From Carcharhinus longimanus (Eukaryota), in contig JASCQW010000105.1 in NCBI GenBank assembly GCA_030264375.1, forward strand, positions 54,742,269 through 54,806,268: a stretch of 64,000 nt of DNA, read 5' to 3'. Positions 24,901-38,826 of the stretch are shown one piece after another (within the stretch, counting starts at the first letter, position 1; each line of letters starts with the position of its first letter). The notes below the pieces were generated by a model, which saw nothing but the letters and a program-made list of their open reading frames with translations, was not told where the DNA came from and did no database searches. A program made the translations under genes and the position numbers.

Positions 24901-25339
24901 TGTGGAACTAATGATGCACAAAAGAGCAAAATATCCAGTTTAGATCACGGGGCAGTGCTATTGTTACACATCTGATTTATTCCATTGCATAATTAGATAC
25001 TGAGCTGCGTAGGGACGTTTCTGAATGGAAGGCACTTGCAACAGCTTATGGGAATGATTGCAACCTCTGTAACTTGAAGAATATCAGTGATAGACCTCAT
25101 TCCCAAGAACTCAATCCAGCACTGCTCCCTTCTTCATTTGGTAGAGAACGCATTGATTAAGAAAGCTCCCTGTAACATTTTGCAGTAATTTCTCCCCTTC
25201 TTTGCCCTTCATGGTCTATTCATAAAGTAACTGAAATTCACTGTAATCATTATTCTGTTCCTTCATTCATTATATGAGAAATCAATGGATTTTGATGATG
25301 TATAATCTCACTTGAATTTGTTTTATCAAAGTATCTCAA

Positions 25340-25620
25340 CAATAACAATAAGAACTTGTACTTATATAGCATCTTTAATGTAAAAACAATCTCAAGGCAC
25401 TTTACAAGATTATTCACAAAGCAAAATTTGACACTGAACCATATGACATGTTGGGGCAGATGACCAAAAGCTTGATCAGATAGGCAGGTTTTAAGGAATC
25501 TATTATAAGACAAGAAATAGAGAAATGGAGAGATTTACAGAGAAAATTCCAGAGCTTAGTTCCGAGGCAGGCAAAGGCATGTCCACCAATGATGGAACAA
25601 TAAAACTGAAGGTGCTAAAG
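25340..25620 (-). mobile_element. L2-type 3' end
   Basis: aacttgtacttatatagcatctttaatgtaaaaacaatctcaaggcacttt...gatgaccaaaagcttgatca is the reverse complement of the 23860-24000 type end. Confidence 0.6.
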
Positions 25621-26600
25621 AGGTAAGTTTCTAAGACTAAGTTTTAGCCAAAAAGTAAGGGATTGACTTGCACATGTAATGTTTTTGAGGGATTGAGATC
25701 CATTCTCTCCCACCGTCTCATTATTGCAGAGTTGCTAGGTTGGAGACTTTTCGTGCCATCCCCAAAGTAACACAAAAGGAGGCAAAAAGTATTTTTATCA
25801 GGTGTTGACATGCGCATATATGAGAAATTGAACAGCCTCCTTCACTGGTGTGCTGTGATTTTATCAATGAGTAGGTTTGTACCAGGGCGAGTTTGACTTC
25901 AATGCGAGCAGGTGGTAAATACAGAGAGTTTGGATTTTTCTGGCTGAATGTCAGGGCTCGGATCACACATGAGATATGATATACACTTTTGGCCTAACAT
26001 TGGGGCTCGACTTTTGCAAGAGATCGACCATTACTTGAGCATACCCAGTAAAAATTATCAAAGAAACAATTCGATGCTGATGAGAAAATGGAAGGACTTT
26101 CTAAGTCAATGAGCCTTAGTGATCTGTAATTATCTTGACTCTACCAAGGCTTCAAGATATCTCTCAATTTTCTTTTTATCTGTTTCAGCATCTTTCATGA
26201 AATATACATGCTACCCTGTTAACCTTTCCACCTGCAACGTTTTATATTTTACTGTTGTATATTTATACATCTGTCCCTTACTCTGTAGTTTCAGAGGTGA
26301 CTGCTTCAACTCCACTGTTCTTCCGAGTTTTGTGCCATCTGCAAATTTTACTGTATTGTGGCTATGTTTGTAGTTTTGGCATAAGGTCACCTCTTGGGTA
26401 CTTGACCAGGTCAAAAATGTTTACACCTGTGGTTCGTCCACAGTTGGTATCTTTGATAATGATTGATTTTCTCCCAACAATGGTTGACATTGAGCACAAC
26501 CATCTAAACAAAAAAAAAGATAAAATAAGAAGGAAACGTGAAGGAAGTGTTAAATATTACTGTCAAAATATTTAAAATGTTTTTTTGTTTTTCCTTTAAG

Positions 26601-26675
26601 CTGTTTGGTGATAGTGAAGCCACGCTGAAGAAATCCTTGGAAGGTATTTTTGATGACTGTTCAACAGATAGTAGT
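26601..26675 (+). CDS. TIAM1: TIAM1 75-nt coding exon (linker before the RBD)
   Basis: Acceptor ttttcctttaAG. Encodes LFGDSEATLKKSLEGIFDDCSTDSS (human VFGEGTEAVKKSLEGIFDDIVPDGK). Donor gtgagt. Phase 0-0; absent from the ORF track. Confidence 0.9.
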
Positions 26676-28552
26676 GTGAGTATGCATTGACCATATGCAC
26701 AGCTAATATGGAAAGTAGTTGAATCATATTGATGCTGTACTGTTTATAGTCACAAGGGCCATTTTATGCCTAATCGGATCATGAAAGAGCTAGTTTGCAT
26801 CAATACCAGATTTGAAGAGCAATAAAATTGCCAGGAAAATTTGTCTTTCTAAAGGAGCATTCTTTCCTGTTATAATAACTTTCGTACCTTTGTGGCCATT
26901 TATAAAAGATCTTCATTTTTGAGTTGCAGTTGTTTACTCTTAAAAAAGAGCGCACCCACACGCACACTCCCACCGCCAACAAGTAGCAGCATACAATTTT
27001 CTAGAAGAGTGCACACTTGTCATTAAATAACACCTAAGTGATCCGCCCCAGTCATTTCTATCTTCGAAGCAGCTAAGACTAGCATTTGCTGGAGGAAGCT
27101 GAGATGTGAATGTAGTTATGCACTTCGTATTTGTTCCAATCTACCAGTAAAGAAACCAAGATCACCTGAGCTAGCCCCTGGCAGTTGCAGTATGAAATAT
27201 GGCTCTTAGTCTAGTCACAGAATAATGGGACTATAAAAGGTTTATTTATAATTGTTGCTGCCAGATTAAGGAAGACAAATTGAGGAATGTAGTGCTGGAA
27301 GCTGATTGAAGCTGGAATCCACCCTAAATAAGTGTCAGTATAAAAGCACACCATATTCTATAACTGTATCAGCTGTATTATCCTACTGGTGCTCATTTCA
27401 ACTGTTATGTATAAATCAACATCAATATAATACTTAGAATTTGCTCTGTTTAATAATTGTAACCTGACTGATTATTTGAAATCATGAAGCAGCATTGTCA
27501 TTTCAGAGAAGTTGACATATTTGTCAAATCCATTGGTGAAACCTATGGGAAATGTCCTATTTGTTTACTGAAAAGTAGTTGTGTTGTGTCAATAGGATGT
27601 TCTATGATTCTATATCTAATATTCAAGCTCCCTCCTGTATCCCCTGCACCCCGGGTAGCTCCATAATTTATCTAATGAATACTTGAGGCACGTTGACGAG
27701 GAAAATCTACTTTCAATCTCAGCCTTGGGTATCACCATCTGGGTCACAAGCTGGGCTATTATATTTTGTTTCCCCCCAAATTAGGGAATTGAAAGTGGGA
27801 TAGTTGGCCAATCTCTGATAGGTGTGTTCAAATGGATATCAAAAGAGAACAGCATTGGTTTTGACTGTGGTGCTCACAATAAAATTCACCATCAAGCTTC
27901 AGAAATGAATACAGCCCATTTTGATGAAGAGCTGCTGGCTTACCTGTAGAATCTTACCTCAGTAATAGTTGGTTCTCTCATGGCATTGAAAAGTGGGTGA
28001 AAAACATCTGACTGATTCTAATTTATAGTTTGGGAACATTTTCTGAGTTTAAATTTTCCAAGTTTCACTTTATTTTGTGATCGTACCCATTTCTTCCCAT
28101 TTATTTTACTTTACTGCACAGTGAATAAGAAAGGTAACTTTATATTTTATGAAAAATATCCTTCATTTTAAGGAGAAAAATAACCCCATCCAAACTTTAA
28201 AAAATGTTAATTCTCTCAGATGCTCAGACACAGTTGAGATCACATTTTCTCCCTCTCACAGCCCATGACCTCCTCATCACAAAGCCAACAACTTTGCATA
28301 TAACCAACCAGTTGCATGATTTTCAGGATTTCTCCACCTTTACAATGATTGACACTGGCCTGAATTTCTGGTTTTAGGAGGGACCAAAGCTACTTTTCTA
28401 ACAGTGAAATGGAAAGCAGTCAAGCAGCTGAGGATATACACTGTTTTCCATTAAATACACATTAGAATAAAATTAGCAACATTTTAAAATCTCTTAGAGA
28501 CCAAATTCAAGTATGCTAATTTTAAGTAATGTAACTGGAGAGCTAGATTGTA

Positions 28553-28672
28553 CAAAAGCAAAATATTGCAAATGCTGGAAATCTGAAATAAAAACAGAAA
28601 ATGCTGGAAATGCTTAGCAGATCTGACAGCATCTTGGGAGAGAGCCACAGAGTTAATGTTTCAGGTCGATAA
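28553..28672 (-). mobile_element. Penelope-derived short element
   Basis: gcaaaatattgcaaatgctggaaatctgaaataaaaacagaaaatgctggaaatgcttagcag...gttaatgtttcaggtc; retains only the GAAAC half of the hammerhead. Confidence 0.65.
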
Positions 28673-29239
28673 TCAACTAGATTGCACAGCCATTTGGTAG
28701 CTCATACAGAAACAATTGATCTTTATGTATAATATATATACTTTGCTGTAATTTTTCTTCTAGTTGGCATAGTTAGAATTGACAACAAAACCTTACAGTG
28801 AATGTATATCCATAGTGATGTGTTTCATATAGAAAATGTGAAAGAGAAATGGGGTGATTTTTCCATACATTATATAAAGCCAGTGCAGGAGATTTTAGGA
28901 GATAATTGCTCAGGGTCCCAGCAATGAATGTGAATACCTAGCAACATATTAGGATTAGAAAGTATTGCTGCAAAAGCGAATTTTCTTTGGTTTAATCAGC
29001 AACTGTCACTTTTGGTAATTTGGTTTGTGTTTTTGGTGATGCAACAATCTCACAAGTCCTTCATAATATACTGACCTGGAATTTATTGTGGTAATAATGG
29101 TGAAACTGTCAGCATTCATTGTCATGCCATTGAAACTGACAGGGGCTCAAGTCCAGGACGTGCTGTCAGTGAGTCTACAATGCTTCCTATGATGCACTTT
29201 GGAAATTCTTCCTATAACAATCACTCTGATTATTTATTT

Positions 29240-32150
29240 ATGGGATTTGAGCATGGCTGGCTAGGTCAGCACTTTATGCCCAACCTAAATTTGCCTTTGA
29301 GAAGGTAGTGGAGCATGCTGTTGAACCATTGCAGTCTGTTTTGTAGGAATACCCACAATGTTGTTAGGAAAGGAATTCTGGAATTTTGACCCTGTGACAA
29401 TATAGGAGCAGCGATATTGTTCCAAGTCAGGACAGTGTGTGACTTGAAGAAAACTTCCAGGTGGTGATGCCCCCATGCATCTGCTGCCCTTGACCTCCTA
29501 GGTTCCATGTGAACTGCAATTGAACATGGATCAGTTGGTCCTAAGAGATGGGCCTTAGCGGGTTTGTCGAAAGATGCTGTTGAAGGAACCTTGGTGAGTT
29601 GCTGCTGCCATTCTGTCGGTGGAGGGAGCAAAAGTTGACTGTGGTGAATGAGCTGCCAACCAAGTGGGCTATTTTGTCCTGGATGATTTTGAGCTTTTAT
29701 TGCAGCTGCATTGATCCAGGCAATTAGAGTATTCCATCAGTATTTTGTAGAAGGTGGACAGTCATCGGTTCTTGTAGCCACAGCATTTATATGCTTGGTC
29801 CCATTCAATATATGGTCAATGTGCACAGCCCCCTGGATGTTGATAGTGTCAGTGATAGTAATGTCATTAAATGTTAAGGGGAGATGGTTAGATTTAGTCT
29901 TGTTGGAGATGGTCAATGCCTGGCACTTGTGTGGCGCGAAAATTACTTGTCATTTATCAGCTCCTAGCCTGAATATAGTCCAAGTCTTGTTACATGTGGA
30001 TCTGGACTTCTTCAATATCTGAAGAGTCGCAAAAGCTGCTGAACATTGTGTAATCACCTGCAGACATCCCAATTTCTGACTTCACGATGGAGGGAAGGTC
30101 ATTGATGAGGCAGCAGAAGGTGGTTGGGTCCAGGATATTACCCTTAGAAACTCTTGCTAGGATGCCTCAGAACTGAACTGATTGACTACCAACAACCACA
30201 ACCATCTTCCTTTGTGCTAGGTGTGAATCCAACCTTGTGGAGAGTTTATACTCTGATGCCCATTGACTTGAGTTTTGCTGGGGCTCCTTGACGCTACACT
30301 TGGTCAAATGCTGTCAAGGGCAGTCATTCTCATCTCACCTGTTGAATTCAGTTCTTTTGTCCATTATTGGACGAAGGTTGTAATGAGATTTGATGGCCCT
30401 GGTGGAACTCAAACTGAATGTCACTGAGAAGGTTATTACTGAGTAAGTGCAGCTTGATACACCCGTTGTGACACTTTTCATTGCTGCTGATGATCAGGAG
30501 TCAACTGATGGATCAGTAATTGGATTTGCCCTTTTTGTGGAGAGGGTGTCAGCAATTTTCTGCATTGCTGGCTAAATGCCAGTGTACTGGAACAGTTTTG
30601 ATAGCAGCATGGCTGGTTCTGGAACACAAGTCTGGAGTGCAATTGCTGAAATTTTGTCAGGGTTGTAGTGTTGTGTTATATCCAGTATTTATCCATATCT
30701 TGATATCATGTGGAGTGAATTGGATTGACTAAAGACTGGCATGTATGAAGCTGGAGACCATTGGAGAAGGCCGGTATGGATTATTCACTCAATATTTCTA
30801 CCTGAAGGTGGCTGCAGTTGTTTCAATCTTGCACTATTTTGCACTATTATGCTGGGCTCCCTCATCATTGATGGGGATATTTGTGAAAATTCCTCCTCCT
30901 ATTGGATGTTTAATTGTCCATCAACATTCAAGACTGGATGTGGCAGACTGCAGAAAGCTGATCTGATCCATTGGTTGTGATATTGCTTAACTTTGCCTAT
31001 TGCCTGCTATTCTTGCTGTTTGGCTTGAAAGTAATTCTCTGTTGTATCCTCACCAGGTTGACAGCTTGGTTTTAGGTATGCCTGGTGCTATTTCTTACAT
31101 GCCCTTCTGCACCAGGATTGATCCCTTAGCTTGATGGTAATGGTAGAGTGGAAGATATGCTGGGCCACAAAATTACTGATTGTGGTGATGTGCAATTTTA
31201 TTGCTGCTAATAGTCCACAGTGCCTCATGGAAGCCCAGTTTTGAGTTGGATCTATTTGAAATCTATCTCTTCTGGCATGATGGTAGTGCTAAATAATAAT
31301 TATGGAAGGTTTCCTTATTGTGAAGATGGGACTTCATCTCCACAAGGATTATGCTGTGGTCACTCCTACTGAGACTGTCATAGACAGCTGTATCTGTAAA
31401 CAGGTAGATGGATGAGGATGATGTTAAGTAGGCTTTCCCTACTTTTTGGCTCCCTCACCACCTTCCAAAGACCTAGTCTAGCAGCTATATCCTTTAGTAC
31501 TCGGTCAGCTTGATCAGTAGTGCTACGACTAAGCCACTTTTGATGCTTTCTCCACATGGTGTTAAACATGAAGGACTACTGATTCATCAGCAGAGTGGGG
31601 GGGATGGTATGTGGTAATCAGTAGGAGGTTGCCTTATCCATGTTTGACTTGATCTCAGACTTCGTGTGGTTCAGAGTTGCTGTTGAGGACTCCCATGGCA
31701 ATTCCCTCCAGACTATATTCCATTATGGTGGCACTACTGTGGATCTGCCCTGTTGTGGAACAGGACATAGCCAGGTATAGTGGTGTCTGGGACATTGTCT
31801 ATAGATAGGGTTCCATGAGTATTACTGTGCCAGACTGTTGCTTGACTAACCTGTAAGATAGCTCTTCCAATTTTAGCACAAACCCCCAGACGTTAATAAG
31901 GAAGACTGTACAGGGTTGACAGGGCCGGCTGCACGATTTCTCTTCCAGGTGCCTAGATCGATATTGAGTGGTCCATCTACTTTCATTCCTTTTAGACTTG
32001 ATAGTGACTTATACAACTGAGTGGCTTGCTAGGCCATTTCAGAGTCAACCACATTGCTGGTGGTCTGGAGTCACATAGGCCGGACTCGGTAAGGAAGGCA
32101 ATTTTTTTCCCTAAAGGATGTTAATGAATCAGATGGGCCTTTACACTGGA
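29240..32150 (-). mobile_element. Decayed CR1/L2-clade LINE (endonuclease, RT and 3' end)
   Basis: The minus strand gives HQKWLSRSTTDQADRVLKDIAARLGL (APE region), NILDPTTFCCLINDLPSIVKSEIGM (RT) and FAPHKCQALTISNK, with many stops and frameshifts. Confidence 0.8.
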
Positions 32151-32767
32151 AAATCTGTGCCTTGTTGAATGAGGCTTGGCTGGGTTTTTAGTGACATACT
32201 AACTTCATAATTCTTGGTAAACACTCTGATCCTGAAAAGTAATTTTGCATTTGTGGGATGTCCAATCTGTTCACAGAGTAAATGTTTCACATATTTAAAA
32301 ATATAATTTGGTTTCAGTTTAACTTTCTAACATAATGCAGGATACACATTTTGCTGTCTAAAAATATAAATTAAAAATTAATTATTTTGCATGCTTTTAA
32401 CCCATTAATTTGCTATGTTTGAACACTTTATGTGATTGCTTATCTGCTTTCTGATCCAATTGCATCTGCATACCAAGACATCCACTTGATTTGGCAACAG
32501 ATTGCTATTGGGAATGGCAAAAAAACGCACAAAAGACATTACTAGATCTTTGAAGCCCAGCACATGAACAATTCCTTCGCCACTAACCACAGAATTCAGG
32601 CCAGTATTACATGATGTCATCATCATCAAATACTGTTAACACGGGGCTTATTTATAACTAGCAAGAAATGTGAAAACTTCAATTCAAAATTCCATAATGT
32701 ATTGAACAATTTGGCTACTTGAGAGAATTTGCCAATTAGAACTGAATTATTGTTAGCAAGCTGCAGA

Positions 32768-32781
32768 TGCCACCTAGTGTT
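32768..32781 (-). promoter_or_regulatory. Candidate CTCF motif
   Basis: The minus strand reads ACACTAGGTGGCA, one mismatch from the CCACTAGGTGGCA core, in a repeat-poor intronic stretch. Motif match only. Confidence 0.25.
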
Positions 32782-33422
32782 TGAAAAGATAAAAAACTAT
32801 CAGTAGCAAGCCAGAAAAATAGATTATTCACCTCTGACACTTCTTCATATACGGCTTTCTCCGTGTACTGCTGGGGTGAACTGACATTAGGTTGCAGTCC
32901 TGGAGATGAAGCATGGCTTAAAGGATATTTTCCTGTTTGAGGTTTGTGATGGAACAGAAGAATAACCTATGTGACCTCTATCTGTTCTCAGAAAAAGCAA
33001 TTTTCCAGAGCACTTGTGTGACCAATTGCTCCTTATGATGTGGACTGCTATTTACACCCGTCTGCATTAAATTTCATCAGCCATTTTTCCGCCCAATTAC
33101 ATTAGCTTTGCAGCAATTTCAGATGTTGTTGCATCCTCAACAATGGGAGGAGATCATGAGCGTTGTCTGACCACCTCAGTCAATTAGCCTCTCTCACAAA
33201 GACAATTAAGGATGGCCAAAAGTACAGAGTAATGACACTAATTCAGGTGGTTTACATAGGTTGGCTTTGAGTAAAAATCATATTTGGCGAAAGTTGCCAA
33301 AGTTAAAAGATTGGATGTTACAAATTTGGGTTGTTGCAGGTAGTTTCTCAAATTAATTGGCAGTGGATCTCATGTCCCTTGCATGGTAGAATTAACTTAA
33401 ACTGCTTAATATTTACTTAGCC

Positions 33423-34050
33423 AACAGAATCCAAAAGAGAAAATGCTGGAAAATCTCAGCAAGTCTGGCAGCATCTATAAGGAGAGAAAAGAGCTGATGA
33501 GCAGATGATCCTTTGTCAAAGCTAAAAGGCATAGAAAGTAGGAGATATTTATACTGCAGGGTGGGGGAATGAATGATGAGTCATAGCCATGGAAACCAGG
33601 GGAAAAAGATTGCTAATGTCAGTCCACAGAGAGAATAAAGGATGTGAATGGCCAAACGGCAGAGAGTAAGCTGTGACAGATGAAGATGTTGTGTGAGGGT
33701 GGGGNNNNNNNNNNNNNNNNNNNNNACAGCGGTAACATTTAGAACAGGGGAAGAAAAGTAAGGGAAGGGGATAAAGGAGGGGGAAAGAGTGGGGAGGGAG
33801 AAGAAAAAATGAAGAAAGACAATAAAGAAATGGTAGAGAACAGTAAAAAATTAAATAAAATAGAATGAAAACAAAAGGGTTGGGGTGGGGTAGAGCTAAT
33901 CATCTTAAGTTGTTGAATTTGATGTTGAGACCGGACGAGCCGGAAGATGAATTATGCTGTTCCTCCAGTTTGCTTTGAGCTTCACTGAAACATTGTAGCA
34001 GGCCAAGGACAGACATATGGGCATGGGAGCAGGATTGTGTGTTAAAGATA
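33423..34050 (-). mobile_element. Penelope-like element 3' end (GIY-YIG C-terminus plus pLTR)
   Basis: FNTQSCSHAHMSVLGLLQCFSEAQSKLEEQH...GLNIKFNNLR resembles the Penelope GIY-YIG end. The pLTR at 33423-33520 has a hammerhead with a deletion. Confidence 0.8.
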
Positions 34051-34879
34051 ACAGAGTAACTGGGGGATGCAACTGCATGTCTCCCTTCAAAGATAAACTT
34101 GATGTTGTACATATCCTTCTGTGTGCTTCTTCACTATTTTAGAAGGTGCATCAAATTATTACTAGATATGGTGAGTCTGAAATTGATTGTTACATTGCTT
34201 TATTTCAGAGTCACATTAATACATAAACAGAAGGCCGCCTAACCATTGTTCCCTTTTTTATATTGCAGGGGCTATTGGTTTAAGTGCGCTGCCCCTTTAA
34301 TTTTTTTTTGGTGTGGCAACGTATGCATGGTAATTTAGAGGGGGTCAACCCTGTGTGCATAACTTGTGCAGGAAAATTTGGCTTGTCACAAGGCCACATG
34401 ACCAGGCAGCTTTCTGGGAGCATTACTTTCAAACTTTCAAGCATCTCTAACCTTTTTGCCTTGGCATAGGCCATCACATTACATTGCTTTGACAAATCTA
34501 ACTGCCTTTTCAGCCTTTTTGTTTCAAAAACTCTCTCTCTATTCCTGTGTCCTCTTCCCAGACAGATAAAAAGACTTTTGCTTTAGTGTCCTTTTAAAAA
34601 AAAGTAAGAGTATGCATGTTTCTTTTAAAATTTCAACACCAAAGATATCTCACTTTCCAAATCCTTTTAAGTGGGTAAAATAATAAGTGGGGAATCCTGA
34701 AGTGTTTTGACGAATCTTGCATTTTTTTAAGTAATGGAAAGTTCCTGATTTTTGCTGCTGACTTTACTGAAAACATTTCCTCAGCATGCCAGTGGAGCAT
34801 CTTCAGAACTGACCACTTGAATTCTAATGCACAATGTAAGTTTAGAAAGTAGGGTGGAACTTTCACTTATATCATGTTT

Positions 34880-35200
34880 TTCATATCCTCAGGATTCCCA
34901 AAATGCTTCATAGCCAAGGAAATACATTTTAAATATAATCACTGTTATGATGGCAAATGCAGCTGCCAGTTTGTTTTTTCTACTGTGGGAACTTATCTAT
35001 TCTTATTTGAAAAGTGATTTGGAAACATTTACTTGCACAGTATGTGCAGGTGGGGCCTCAGTTTAATACTAATCTGGAAAAGAAGGAATTTTGAAAATAC
35101 GGCACCTCTTCAGTACTGCACTGAAATGTCAACCTAGAGTGATGCCTGAAGTAAAGCTTGAACTCTCAAACCCCTAATTCAGAAGCAGCTATGCTACCTA
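34880..35200 (-). mobile_element. Decayed Deu-domain SINE
   Basis: ggcaaatgcagctgccagtttg, ggggcctcagtttaa and cagtactgcactgaaatgtcaacctag are reverse complements of motifs in 18015-18320. Confidence 0.5.
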
Positions 35201-36789
35201 AAAAGCAAGCTGACACTTGCTATCTACCAATGACGTACATAATAACATGAAGTATAATTAGGTAAAAAGTGCTGGAGGGGAAATCAAGCCCCTCTATTCC
35301 ATCTGTAATTCTGACACCAGGGTGGAACCCATTGTAACAAGGGAACTCCTACAAGTATCTATAAGTTACTAAGTAAGCATAGAATTAAGACAATGAAGTT
35401 AGTCTGGCTGCATGTAAACTAAAATAACAAAAATCTTCTGTAAGATATTTATGATGTTGTCAAAAAGTCTACAAATGTTTAACACTGTACTTAAAGTTAC
35501 TAACGTGTATCTGGATTAAAGATTTAACAGCTTAAAGCTCAAAAATAAAGAATTACCTGACTACTACCAAAAACAATGAATCTTTGAAATAAAATTTACT
35601 TTTTATTTCCTTTTGAACTAGGTATATGGAATGTTTTCTCCTAAAATTGACAAAAAAGTAAAGCTAAAACCCCAACACAGGCTTGACCTTGATTCAAACA
35701 TAAGAGATAAAAGAGGGGGACTTTTCTGATATGCCAATGTCACAACATCACAGACCTCTTAAAGGGGAAATTGCTTCCCCTATATTTTATTTTTGTTCAC
35801 ACGCAGCTGATTTGGTGCTGGTCACTTCAGCACTGTGGGTGATGTACATTGGATTACTTTAAGTACGCTGCATTCAATTTGCACTACTGCCAATACAGTT
35901 TTAAAGTCTGAGTTATTTTAAGTCCCAACCCAATGATTCCATGAGAATTGTCAAGGAAGTCGGGACTTCCGATGGGCAATTTCTCTGAAAAAGTCTCCAA
36001 CTCTGAGAGTTTGGACAGTTCCAACTCACTCACTAGAATAGTTATACAAGAAATGTTAGATTAAAACCTGGTGCAGCACCATACAACTCACATGCAATCA
36101 CTTCCACTGACCCCACACAACAGTTCTTGCCCCAACCCCAAATTCTCCTGTTAACCCAACCTGACTAGCGCGCCCCCCCCCACCCGACTCTTCAACTATC
36201 ACAACTATTCTACCTGATTTTGCCACCCTACGCATTTACCATACCCACCTGCCTCCTTAGCCACTTATTTTACCCCCTCACCAACCCTACCTCCTTACCA
36301 CTTACCTGACCAACATTACTCCACCTGTTTACCATTTACTTACCCACTTTCTTACACGTGTACATTCCCTCTCGAGCTTTTCAAAGAAGCTTTGGGACAT
36401 TGAAACTCTCCTCACCGTAAAAAGGAGGTGTGGTTTTCCCCAGACTCTTTCTGCTGCTCCCTCCAAAGTTTTTAGTGCCAAGTCAGTGTGGAAGAATTTC
36501 TCTCAGAAGATTGCTCTGAAATATCGGAGGAAAGTAAGTGTGTATATTTTCTGTCTGTTCAGGGTCAGAAATAAGGTTTTGACCCTGAACAAAAGATTTA
36601 ATTTTTGAAGTTTGAAAGAATGTCTTCCCCATGCTTTGCTGTTCCAAGGCATATACCAGTTACATTAATGGCTGATGCACTATTAAACCTTCGCTTGTAT
36701 CACATTAAGCTCACTGCCAATGTATCAGAAGATCCAGAATCGATCTTTGTTGTGAATTGAATTTTCTTACCATCTGAATAAGCAGCTGA

Positions 36790-38395
36790 CTTTTACATAG
36801 TGCTCCCTCACCATGTCATGCTTCAGACTTGGAGGCTGGTCCAGTGGATGACTGTGGTCACAAGCCTGTAGTGGGAAGACTGCAGTCATTGTGTTTGGTA
36901 CCCACCAGAAACTCCATTCCACTGTCTACAATTTCCAGCTTTGACCACTGTCTGAAGCTAAGCAAGACCACACAAAATCTTAGTATTGTACATGACCCTG
37001 AGATGAGTGTGTAACCATATACATACAATGTGGCCCAGACTTCCAAAGCAGAACACTACAGGCCATTTAGTTTGACATCTGTTATTGAGAAAAAGCTGGA
37101 ATCCACAAATAAGGAAGTGGTAGTAGTGCACTTGGAAACTCTTAAGACAATCGAGTAGAGTCAGCATAAATTTATGAAAGAAAAATTGAGTTTGACAATT
37201 ATTTTTAGCGTTCTTAGAGGATTTAACAAGCTGAGTGGATGAAGGGGAATCATTAGATGTGGTGTATTTGGATGTTCAAAAGGCATTTGGTAAGGTGTCA
37301 CACAAAAGACAGCAGCACAGGAAAAGAGTGGATGACACTGAACTTGGGACTGCTGTGGACTGTGAGGAAAATAATGATAATCTCAGGCAGATATAGATAG
37401 GCTGTTGGAATGGGTGGACATGTGAAATATGAAATTTAGTGAAGAGGAGTGTACTCAAGTACACAAGAAATAGGATCAGCAGTGGATCATATGGCCCATT
37501 GAGCCTGCTCCATCATCCAATATGATCATTAGCTGATTTTAGCTTCAACTGCCATTCCCCATACACCTCAGCTTCCTGAGAGATCAAAATGGTGCAAAGT
37601 GATGCATTTTGGTATGAATAATATGGAAAGGCAATACAAAATAATGGACGTAATTCTAAAAGGGGTGCAAGATCAGAGACATGTACATGTGCACAAATTG
37701 TTTAAGATGGCAGGGAAGGTTGATAAATTGGTTAACCAGACAGGATCCTCGGCTTTGTAAACCAAGCATAGAGTACAAAAACGAGAAAGACATGATGAAC
37801 TTTTACAAGACACTGGTTTAACCTCAATTAGAGTACTGTATTTAATTCTGGGTACTATATTTTTGAAAGGATGTAGTGGTTTTGGAGAAATGTCAAAAAG
37901 GGCTTGACAGGGTCAATGTTGAGTCGGTGCCAAAGAGCCAATGGTGACATGAGGAAAAGCATTATTACATAATGAATGATTAGGATGTGGAATATATTGC
38001 CTTAAGAGTATGGTGAAGGTAGATTCAGTTATGGCTTTCAAAAGAGTTGGATAAGCACCTGGGGTGATTTTCGAGGCACAGGGAAAGGGTGGGGAGGGAA
38101 CTAGCTGAGTTACTCTTGCAGAGAGCTGCCATGGATACGATGGGCCATTTAATGTCCTCCTATGATTCTATTCACCTTTGATTATCAGCTCTGGAATTCC
38201 CTCTTTTCAAGCTCTACCCCTCTTCTATTTCAAGATGCTCCTTTAAAAACCACCTGTTTGATCAAGTTTTTGGTCATCTGTCCTGATGGCCCTTTCAGTG
38301 GCAAGTTGGCAGTATGTTTTTATTGATATCACTGTTCTTAAGCACCTTGGCGCATTTTACTATGTTAAAGGCTTTGTCAAAATCTAGGTTGTTAT
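36790..38395 (+). mobile_element. L2 fragment split by nested CR1 fragments
   Basis: L2-like sequence at 36790-37040 and 38175-38395. A CR1 RT (DVVYLDVQKAFGKVSH) and 3' end occupy 37110-38170, with an opposite-strand CR1 tail at about 37465-37580. Confidence 0.65.
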
Positions 38396-38826
38396 AATGG
38401 CTTAGTGGAGTTTAAGATATTGATGAAGTTAAATTATCACAGATTAGTGGATCGTTTAGACACCCTGATCTTTTGACAATATCTTTGCAAATTTTTAATT
38501 CGGCAGTCTATAATTATTGGGTTCAGCAACTCCACCTAGCCAGTCCCCGAGAATATTGTCAGCAAACTTCTGGAACAAGAAAATGGGAAACATTAACAGA
38601 AGTAGAAAAAAGGTTGATATTCTGTTCTTTATAAAATGGTGATGATGTTAGGGTTTCCTCTTCATGTTGTGACATTATTTTTAAATAGTAATGAACTTTG
38701 TCAATCTACTGTATTGCACAAATTGCCTAAGCATGTTTCTGTATTGAAATGCAAGAAACCTTTTTTATATTGACTTAACTGTTAAGAAAGAATTTGAGTG
38801 TAGGTTATTACTGGCCTTTCCAACAG

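Noticed and set aside
26052-26130. KLSKKQFDADEKMEG resembles TIAM1 KLEQKIDMDEKMKKM
   Set aside because: In-frame stops lie immediately upstream and shortly downstream, there are no splice sites, and similarity is far below that of the true exons. Likely chance.
33494-33500. CTGATGA on the + strand suggesting a sense hammerhead
   Set aside because: No stem II or GAAA follows. It arises from a deletion in the minus-strand Penelope hammerhead.
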